Source: Blasia pusilla
Lineage: Eukaryota
DNA: 64,000 bases
NCBI GenBank assembly: GCA_050084515.1
Contig: CM114271.1
Coordinates: 372,001-436,000 of the forward strand
Reading direction: 5' to 3'
In this document: positions 52,205 to 64,000 of the stretch, in pieces
Position numbering within the stretch: the first letter of the stretch is position 1
Layout of the letters: every line of letters begins with the position of its first letter
Position numbers and translations under genes: made by a program
The notes under the pieces: model-generated
What the model was told of the DNA's origin: nothing
Databases searched by the model: none
What the model saw: the letters and a program-made list of their open reading frames with translations, nothing else

Positions 52205-54518
52205 TCCGATTTTGTGGCCAGATAGTTCTTAGACAAAGCGACGGGACCATCCTGAGGATTTTAGGTCAGGGTGTGTGTCTTTCTTTCGGCCAACAACTCC
52301 ATGTCTCATTCTTTCGAGGGTTGTGCGTGCAAAGCTACACTTAATCAGTTATCCTCACAGAGTTCTTATGCACAAATCATATAATCTGACGAGTCGTCAT
52401 ACACAAATTAGAGAACGTCATGTATTGTCGTCATGCGCACACTAGTGCCATGGAGTATCACCGCAAGTGAGTCCGTAGGGTCAATACGCTGCTGGGGATC
52501 GATGTTAGCATGGACCTAAGCTCAGCTATTTATTGCCAATACCTACATGTTCTTGGGAAATTGGGTTGGACGTGTCCCAGCACATAACGGAGTATGATCA
52601 GTCCCATCGGGAACTTGCACGAGAAGTGTAGTTGTTGAAGGGTTCAGAGGTTTAGCTCTAGATGTTCTCAAGTTTTGAAGCCAGTGTCTCGTAGGCACCG
52701 CTCTCGTTTTGATTCGAGTGGTCACGGGATCAGCAGTTACCTCTTACATCTCAGAGATCGGCCATTGAAACTTGAGATGTAGACGAGCAACTTCTGCAAT
52801 TCCCTCTGTTATGATCTATTTCTGGCCCCGTCAAACTTTTAGGAATTTTTTCACTCTCAGATGCCAGGCAGCGTCCAGCATAGAGCATCTCCCGAGTCCC
52901 AACGGCTTCCCCCGATAGACAGCCTCACGGTTGAGCTATGTTGTGCTCCGATAGCTACAAATGCTTTGAACTGCCTATTTGCAATACGAGAGCAAGTATC
53001 CTTGTCTCAGCCTGAGTCCTTCGTCGTGTCACTGAATTCTTTTGATAGTGCGATGTGCGTGACATTTTCTACGCTAGGCTTGCCTTACGAAGTGATTCCC
53101 ACGCGTGTACTCATCCCAGGACGCAGCTTTCTCATTTTCTCCGGGAATTCTCTTATTGGAAGAACGTGGTTGTAATAGTTGTATCATCCGTGCACGATTC
53201 GTGCACCTTGTAACGGGTCAGCACAAAGTCTCTAACAGCCACTCCGTCCGAGCGCAAACCTTGGCACTTAAGCCCTAAATTTTAAGCAGAGAAAAGAAAG
53301 AGTGTAATTATGCCGTGAACCGACCTCAGAGCCGCTCTTACAGATTCACCATGAGAGTGAAAGTGATTCTGAAGAATGAAGGTGATCCAGATGTCCAGTG
53401 GTAATAACAACTCGCCGGCATAGGAATAGGCCAACTGCCAACTTGAGAAGCTGCCAAAAGGATAATGAAAAGTCTGAACGCGGAGATTCGGAGATCTGTG
53501 GAATCGAAGATACCAGAACCACGGACAAAATAGGATGCGATATACAGTGGCCTGAGGAATCCGACGGCAGCAGGGTCGACGAGATCTCATCATGCTAGAC
53601 AGCCTGTGGTCCTCCTCATTCAACGCTCCTGGAAGCCAATCGAAACCCTCCAACTCAGCGGGGCCGATGCAGCAGAGAAGCGCAGACGCGTGTAATGTTG
53701 CAATGTCGAATTTTGACCGGACGGCGATAAGAATCCACAGCAGATTCGTAAGGGAGTATTTGTGTGTGCCCTTAGCCGCTTACTGAGTCTCGCTCTGGTT
53801 GTATATTTGATTATCTCTATGCACGCCATCGCACATGGAGACCTACTTCGTGCGTTGCTGCGCACGCGTCTGAAATCTCTGCACTCCATCTACTTATACA
53901 CTCCGCCCATCCACTACGACTAGCGTTGTTCTTAGCGCCAGTGGACGGAGGGAGGTGGTGTGCCTGAGCGTTCAATTCTGGCTATTCAGTCCGCTCATCC
54001 ACAACAATGATCGTTGTTTTTTAAGCACCGGTGGACGGAGGGAGATGCTGTGCTTCAGCGTTCAATTCTGAAAATGGTCGGACGCATCGCCCGAGTGACC
54101 AGAGACGAAGGCCAGCATCTACCTCCCATCCCCGATGCTCAGAAATGTGCAATCCATCGATCCCCGGTGCTGAGAAGAGTGCAATCCGCAGGTTACGACC
54201 AAGAATGGCGGCTGCAGCGAGTGCAGATCATCCGACCTAAATTCGCTAGACGGATGATTATCCTTTTCATTTTCTAGAGTCGTATCGATTTTTGCATGTA
54301 TTCATTTTGGCGATAGGGATTAGGTTTCGAATCTATCCACATCTGCAGGTGAGCAAATCGTAGCAAAGCGTTTGACATTTCCTCTACTTGCCGCCTTCGC
54401 GCACCACCACCACATCCGAAGTGCACAACAAGGTCGATGGGAGAAATTCTCCAGATACTTTCGGTGTTTGCTGAGTTCTTCTGACGACATGGAGCCGCTC
54501 TCGATAGCATGGTCACAT

Positions 54519-54591
54519 GAGGGGATAGCTCGGTTGGGAGAGCATCAGACTGAAGATCTGGATGTCGCGTGCTCGATTGACGCTCACCGCG
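54519..54591 (+). tRNA. trnF: tRNA-Phe(GAA), probable pseudogene
   Basis: Close to the plant cytosolic tRNA-Phe consensus (GGGGATAGCTC.GTTGGGAGAGC.TCAGACTGAAGATCTG...CGCTCACCGC). The B box is mutated (GCTCGATTG instead of GTTCGATCC), the acceptor stem is mismatched, and no oligo-T terminator follows. Confidence 0.8.
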
Positions 54592-54929
54592 TTCGACGAT
54601 ATGCTTGTCCATGGCAACAGTGCCTCGACAGGATTATTCGTCAGGTTGGGTTCGTGTCTTTGAGTGTCTATTTTATGAGGATCGTAAACCCTAAATATGT
54701 AACGTGGATAAGTTGATTGACATGTGGCAGGAAAATACTCTTTGGTATCTCTTATGGAGTTTCCATTATTACTTCTCACTAGTAAGGTGCGCGCTCTATG
54801 CGGACGATAATGGACATACAAAATGGGCTAATAAAAAGGTCTTATTCTTTTCAAAAAATTTATTTCATCGAAGTATTTCTTGGCACACTATTTTTCGTGT
54901 ATAATCACATTCCTTATTTGAATATTCAT

Positions 54930-56637
54930 CACTCCCAATTGTAATGTGGATGGAACTTCTTTTTCCTACTCTAGATAGGGCTACATACAATTGGTCATGA
55001 GAATATTCGGGAGTAGATAAATAAATATAATTTTTGTGCAAAATTTGATTTTTAGACTTATTAATAATTATAACAAAAGACAGCGAATAGGTTATTGAAG
55101 CCTACGCAAATCAAATGGCAAACCGGAGTAAGATGCAATCAATTGGATACGTGGAACAAAAACTTGAGTTCCAATATTCTTCCGTGTAATGATTTCAGCA
55201 TTTGTGCAATGTTTCATAAATCCACGAATCACCAATCTAGCCCCATTTGCTTGTCCATGTGACTCATTCATGTTTCGTAAGAGTGTGATTGGTACACCAA
55301 TCGTCAAACACAGACGATGCGGGAATAGTCCAGAAGGCAACCATGCGTTCAAAAATTCAGTTGGATAGATATGACTCATCCCCTCATTCGGAATAAAATT
55401 AACACTCAAGTAAATATGCTCATGTATACTATATGTAGTGAATTGGTGAGAAGAAGTAATATTAATATCCAAACTTTCCCAAAAAGAAGTTCCAATAAGA
55501 GAATTAGAAGGATAGAAGGATTACTTGTCCAAAAATTCGAGATATGACATCTCTATTTATTTCGTCAACATACCTATTCCTCGTTGTCAAAATTGCAGAA
55601 TCTTTCAAGAAATCAATGTCATGAAATCAGCTTAGAGAATTGCAATAGATCAAATCAATAAGATCGCATATCTTGTTACTTAGTGACAATTCCATATGAT
55701 AAATGTATAAAGTCTTATCCCAAATGAGGATGCAAAGGTACACACGACCCTCTCCCACTTCCAATAACCAATTAGCAAAAGCTTGTTGTTCAATACGCAA
55801 ATCACCTTCCAACCTTTGCACTCGCATGTTTGTTATCAACTTCATGACCTTAACATTAGACCAAAGAGATAATCTCTTGATAGTGGCTTGGACAATTCGC
55901 GGGCGATCCCCATGACGAACAACATGCAAAACTTAACGAAAGTCACCACCAAATATCATGAGTTTTCCACCAAATGGTAATTGTCGTAGATCATCAGAGA
56001 CCATTCCCATGATATCTTATAAAGTGCAATTTACTGCCTTGAATGCATAACGATGAGCCATAGGTATTTCGTCCCATATAATAAGTATCACATCGTGGAT
56101 TAAGCGCGCTTTATCACTATTGACTTATAAACTACAAACGAGAAAGGGAACTAAATTAGAATTTGCAATACTTGGAATAATGAAATTTTACGTTGCATGT
56201 AAAGTAGGTAGTGACACTTACTTGCAAGTAGAGCTCTCATGAAGATTGATAGGGATCTTGAATCGTGAATGGGCAGTACGTCCTCCATCTAACAATAGAG
56301 CAGCTATTCCAAATGATGTAATTGTCAAAGCTATACCTCTTGCACTGCTTACAATTGCAAGGAGAAGATTATATAAATATCTCTTTCCTGTTCCACCCGG
56401 ACCGTCGATGAAAAAACATTTTGGAGATGGTGGAGCATTCGCGGATATTTTATCAAGATCATCATGTATAACATCCCAAACAACACGTTGTCCTTCATTT
56501 AGACACGATTCTCCAACTTTTACATGCTCTCTGTTCAGAGAGATCTTCAAGATTGGACAGTGTGGACACCTCGGCTCTTGCTCTATGTGTTGTGAATTCC
56601 CATCTAGAGACCAGATATGAGTGGGATGGTGTTTCAG

Positions 56638-56716
<79 letters not shown>

Positions 56717-57200
56717 AGATTGTACCTGACTGCCCTCTTCCCTCCGTTGCGTTGGATATATCCATATCTTTTGATAACTTAAATATCACAACATCAGATC
56801 CCTTATATGCATATTTATATAAGTACTTCAGAGAAGAAACACTACGTGTGATCTCCAAATTAATGTGACAACTAAAGAGGATGCACAACATAGGATTGTA
56901 GGGCATCACCTAACGATTATCCAATGAATGTTCATGCTTGGTTACTACCCTCCCATTCTCCAATCTAAAAAACACAATAACAAATCATGAATACGTCAAT
57001 TTCATATGGCTTACAATAAAAATATAAAAATATAAAAGAAAAGCCAAGATGAAAAGATCCTTACTTGTGAAAGATCGGGTAACCTTCTTCTGTCTCTACC
57101 GTGCTGGCTGCAAAAGCTTTAGGATAGCCTTTGGTACACTTTTTTGTTTCCTTGTCCATACATGGTGCATTTCAATTTAATGGTCCACATGGCCTATGAA
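54930..57200 (-). mobile_element. Helitron RepHel remnant (Rep C-terminus + PIF1 helicase)
   Basis: PYNP...CHINLE...KYLYKYAYKGSD; FFIDGPGGTGK; GIAALLLDGGRTAHSRFKIPI; GGDFR; LLRNMN...NGARL; RRLQ. Multiple stops. Confidence 0.92.
56641..56712 (+). repeat. (GA)n microsatellite
   Basis: Pure GA run of about 36 units. Confidence 0.99.
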
Positions 57201-57263
57201 GCATGCAATTAGCAACAGTAGAATACAACCTTGGATGAAGAGTGATCTGGGATTTCTTCTGAA

Positions 57264-60200
57264 ATGATACGATCATTGTTGTGCGCATACATATCGCTAC
57301 ACAACATACATCGCTGGTCATATCTACATCACACAACACCAATCTTCCCCACACACGGGTCGATCCACACATGTACAAAAATTAACTCATACATATACAT
57401 GGAGATCACAAAACGGCACACTTGGCCTAAAACTGCACTCCTCAATCTACATCGGCATATCGAGCCTCGTCCACCTTGTGCTATCAAGGAATCCGAACGC
57501 TAGCACCCTAGTCCTATCTCACACACATATAAGAGAGGTGCTCCAACGGCCCAACATAAGAAAGATGGCTTAGGAAAGCCATCTTCCTCTCTTATATAGG
57601 GTTGAGAAGCGCCAAAGGCTCTTCCCCTAAAAATAGCCATGTCCTTGGTAACTCTCGCGACAGGTTACCAAGGGCGGATGACCTGGTCAACAAGTCATCC
57701 GGCTGTGAAAGACCTAAACAGGAAAGTTTTCAGAAACAACGTTCTTGACACAATGGACCTATCCTCAACCTCATCCGACAACGTGGGACAAAGTTACACT
57801 CAAGATAGTCCGCTGGCTCCTACACCCTATCCACGATAGATCTCGGCCAAACGGCTACTCAGATGTGACAATTGTCATGCGCATACATATCGCTGGTCAC
57901 ATCTACACCACACAACACCGATATTCCCCACACACGGGTCGATCCACACATGTACAAAAATCAACTCATACATATACATGGAGATCACACAACCGCCCCC
58001 CTTGTTGGGAGTTGGATCTGCCCAACTCTAGATAGAAAATATCACATCTCTCTAACATGACCTACTATCCTATACACATCCCGGACACATCCATCGTCCC
58101 ATGGGAACTACATCAACATGGGGGGTCAGACATAACATATGCCACCCTCGAGAACAACCATCACATACCAACATGGTGGCTCCACCCCTCGCAGATCCGC
58201 ACAACATACACCTCAAGCGTGTAGGTACCACTACCAAGCTTGGATCCACTGTCCCGTCTACATTTGAAAGATGACATGGCGCACAATTGCGCACATGATC
58301 CTTCCAAACCATATCATCCCATCCCTCCAACATGACGATTCGTGTCGGTAATACCTCGTGCACACGTAGGATCGTGCGCCCTGCAGTGACATCTAGAGTC
58401 GTGGGTGCCGCCTGCTATAAATACGCGTAATCTCCAGGATGAAACCTCCTAATCCTTGGACGATAACCTCCTCCACAAATGATCACGTACCTCAATGTAT
58501 CTCTATGTTGAGCAATAGCTAAGTTCTCAAAGGCCATAGGCATAACTCTATGAAAAATCTTCGCCCTCTGAGAACACGCTTGTACCCACACATCTGGATC
58601 ATCAAGATCTAACACCTCCGCCATATCACGTTGAATAGCTGCATGTAAATCTGCCTCTCTCCCAAAGAGCAAAAAGTATGGTGAAAATGACGCCAAGGAT
58701 GCCTGCCGACTTAAGCGATAATCCATAGCCAACCATGGCAACTGTAGGTCCCACTCCCTCAAGTGTCCTCTCTACAAGCCATACTTGCGGAATCCTCTCT
58801 TCACTGTTTGTACTACTCTCTCCGCCAACCCCTCTGCCTCAAGATGATCTCTGGACGTGGTGCGGTGATCTATCAGCGCCTGATCACACAAGGCCTGAAA
58901 CTCTCCCCTGAACTCGGTACCCTGGTCAATCAACACCTCCGCCGGTGCACCAAAGTGACTAAGCACACGATCTAGAAACGCATAAGCTGTTCCCCCGCTC
59001 GCCTTGTCTGGTAGTGCCACCAACTCTATCCACTTGGAGAAAGAACCACCATGACCAACACGTACCTATGATGACGCACCGTCAATGGCAAAGGTCTCGC
59101 AAAGTCTAAACTCCATCAATAAGTAAATCGAAAATTGACAAAGGATGTAACTGCGGAGTAAAAGCATTGAAAGATGCTCGCACTCTGTTACATAGCATAC
59201 ATCTGGCCACAAACTGATGTACCCCAGTATGCATGCCGCGCCACCAATACTGAATCTGGAGTAAGCTGTAAGTACGCTTTACTCCAAAATGTCCCAACTC
59301 CTCATAGGCATGTCGCACTACACGTGCTCGTTGAAAAGGATGAGATACCACTTGTATCCTACCATCTCTCCATACCCGCAAAATATGAGTCCCCTCCCAC
59401 CTGAACCTCCTGGCTCGCTGTAGGATCCGATCTCGCTCCCTAACATTCAGTGTGCTCGCTATGACGCGAGTGCGCAAGAACTCCACAACCTCCACGTCGT
59501 CATGGATATCATGACCACCTGTCGCCTCCTCACTGACCTACGGATCCAAAGACTCATCATCCAACCCCGCCACTGGAGTCATCACTTGTGGGTGACCTAC
59601 CATAGTCAACCAACATAGATAGGCAGATGCATGCTAACCAGGCACCATCTCCTCATCACTCTCTCCGTGCTATCGAGCTTCTGTATCGTCTCTCTTACTC
59701 GGACATAGGTTACGACTCAACCCATCCGCATCTTGGTTCAGCCGGCATGGCCTATGAACCACCTCAATCTCATACTCGTGTAGTAATAGAGCCCACTTGG
59801 CAAGCTTTCCCGTAAGCTTATCGGACTCCATCAACCACCTCAACGGCTGATGATCAGTGATAAGTGGGAAAGGGTTGCCGAATAAATAGCACCTAAAAGG
59901 TGCCACGGCCCACACTGCAGCCAAGCACTCTCCCTCATAGGAGTTGTACTTCGCCTCTGCAATGTTGTTCGATCGGTTCGCGTAAGCCACAACGAACTCC
60001 CTCTCCTCATCATCCCTGTGAGTAACCACTACTCCTAGACCCAACATGCTCGTGGACGTGACAATATGGATGATACTTGCATTTATCTCTACTCAGCCAT
60101 ACCTAGGCTGACTATCCATATAAGACAATTGAGGTCCATCGCCTGCCCCAACACCTGTCTCGGGGATGCCTCAATCATACCTAGCACCGCTGTAGTACCT

Positions 60201-60271
60201 GTAGCAAACCCCATGGCGCGCTCGCGCTCATCTATTGTAGGCTCCCAGATGAATGATCCAGACATGGCCAT
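57264..60271 (-). mobile_element. Second, internally deleted copy of the DNMT/PHD-bearing Gypsy family
   Basis: DNMT motifs IX-X (60271-60089), RNase H (60047-59670), integrase (59495-58415), intact PHD (ends 58070), purine tract at ~57995-58004, LTR ~57991-57264. RT is absent. Confidence 0.92.
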
Positions 60272-60274
60272 CTA

Positions 60275-62330
<2,056 letters not shown>

Positions 62331-63413
62331 GGCACTAGAGACTCATTTAGTGGTAATCTTGTCTCTCTTACGTCTCTAGTAATCACGTCTCTATGTTGGC
62401 TCTAGTAATGACGTCTCCCGATTGTCTTTGTTGTTCGTGAATTTCGCTAATAGAGAATGCCTTTTTTGGGGGCCGATTATGACCTTGAGATATTGTATTT
62501 TTAAAGTCTACTTTTTAATCCCAAATGGGCTGTTGCATTGGATGGTGGGTGCCCGCGATCGTGAATCCCAATTCTGGGCACCACACCACGGGCGAGCCGT
62601 ACTGGTCCTCGCTATCTGACGCGGCACCCGATATTGGGTCCGTCGTGTCCAATGACGGCCAAGGCCGGTTCTCTCCGCCTCGTCCGACCCTCATCGCATA
62701 TCGGGTACCGGCGATTTGGAAACCTCCAACGCCCCGCGATGCCGACAATCGTGGCCGCCTGTTGCTAGCCAGCCAGCCAGCCAGAGAGCCAGCTAACTAG
62801 GCGCGGTCGTCCGACACCGCTCCCGCTGCATACAATCGCGGTCCTTCGAACGCTTCGCTTTGCTCCGGCTCTCGCTTCGTAGAACTCGTCGTCCGTCTGT
62901 CCCACGCGCTTCTCGTCCCCGTCCCCGTCCCCGTCCCCGTGGCCGCAGCGCCGAAACTCGGGGCAGGAAGGAGAGCGTAGAGCGGAGGGTGTCGAACGAG
63001 CCATTTGAGAGAGCGCGCTCAGGAGGAGGAGGAGGAGGAGGAAGAAGAGATTGGTAGCGGAGTGGGAAGGAATTGTTATGCTTTCGATCGCTTGGATTGA
63101 GGAAGAGGACAGAGAGAAAGAAAGAGAGGGAGAGAGGGAGAAAGGTCTGTGCAGGAGCAGATTGAGTGCTCCGGAGTGTGTCTTTGGAGCTCAATTTTGG
63201 AGCTCCTGGAGGGGGCGAGGAGCCTCTGGAGGGGTAGGGTAGGGAAGTTGTGGTTTACGCTTTAGTTTGGGTACGCGGTTTCTGATTGTGTGATCGAGAG
63301 CAATCGGGAGCGGGCGGAGCTTGTTAGGTAGGAATAGGGTGTAGTCGTCGAGGAGAGTGTGATCCTGACGGCCGAAGAGGATCTTGGCAGGTTGGGCTGC
63401 GACTGGGGCGACG

Positions 63414-63687
63414 ATGCCTGTGGCTTTGGGATCCGCGGCTTCGTCTTCTTACAGGGATAGAACTTCGGAACTGCATTCTGTAGCGGAAAGGTTACGGAAA
63501 TCGCAAGCTTTTTCTGGATCTGCTACTACTTCTCACGCGTCAGCTACGAATGGATCCGTCGATGGCTCTGCTAGGCTGCAGGGTCCGCAATCTTCTGGAT
63601 CGGTGCAATCAGAGTTTAACAAGCTTGCTTCCAGGATCGGCCTCAGCATACATTCAACCTCACAGAAACTTTCAAAGTTGACCAAAC
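63414..63687 (+). CDS. SYP3: Syntaxin-5 / SYP3 (SYP31/32-like) Qa-SNARE, first coding exon; gene runs off the window
   Basis: SYRDRTSELHSVAERLRK (syntaxin-5 N-peptide) and QSEFNKLASRIGLSIHSTSQKLSKLTK, followed by a GTAAGT donor at 63688. Confidence 0.93.
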
Positions 63688-64000
63688 GTAAGTTCCTCTG
63701 TACTTATCCGTGCGTGACACCAGAGTCTGTATTCGTTCACACAGTGAGACGGGTTATGGGTGATGAAGTCACTTCCATTTGGTACGGAAAGGCAACGTTC
63801 GACCTCGGGAGGAGGAAATCACGGAACAATGATCTGTCTGACGCTAGAGTGCAAAAGCCCATGGGCCAATGGTACCAGTTAAAGGCAGAAAGAGACTCCA
63901 CGGAATAACTGTCTGCGCAGCATTGGACTGACAAGCGGGGTGGTGTCTTGGTATGCGGTTTCTAGTCGGTATTTCCAACTGATGTAGCGAATGTGCGGTC

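Noticed and set aside
52300-54500. Cluster of short ORFs and a ~40-bp direct repeat (53941 / 54031)
   Set aside because: No recognisable motifs and no consistent exon chain found.

Overview
Intron-rich eukaryotic nuclear DNA, most consistent with a bryophyte such as a liverwort (inferred from ALDH21, RPL28, SYP3 and the TE types). I assembled five host genes by hand: (1) a 30-exon minus-strand gene (31448->12398) that splices a bacterial-type ThDP-dependent acetolactate-synthase-like enzyme in frame, through a ~118-aa acidic linker, to an ALDH21-family dehydrogenase; (2) RPL28; (3) a 201-aa five-exon gene I cannot name; (4) a SEC-C/YchJ-like gene; (5) the first coding exon of a syntaxin-5/SYP3 gene. 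The rest is mostly decayed TEs: two copies of a Ty3/Gypsy family, MULE-like, possible P-like, CACTA-like and Helitron remnants, two LINEs and a tRNA-Phe pseudogene. Two candidates stand out. The first is the fusion enzyme, which pairs the two families that form the cyanobacterial 2-oxoglutarate decarboxylase + succinic-semialdehyde dehydrogenase TCA shunt. The second is the Gypsy family, which carries a C5 DNA methyltransferase and a PHD finger in pol. Family assignments come from motif recognition only. No searches were run, so novelty is unverified.
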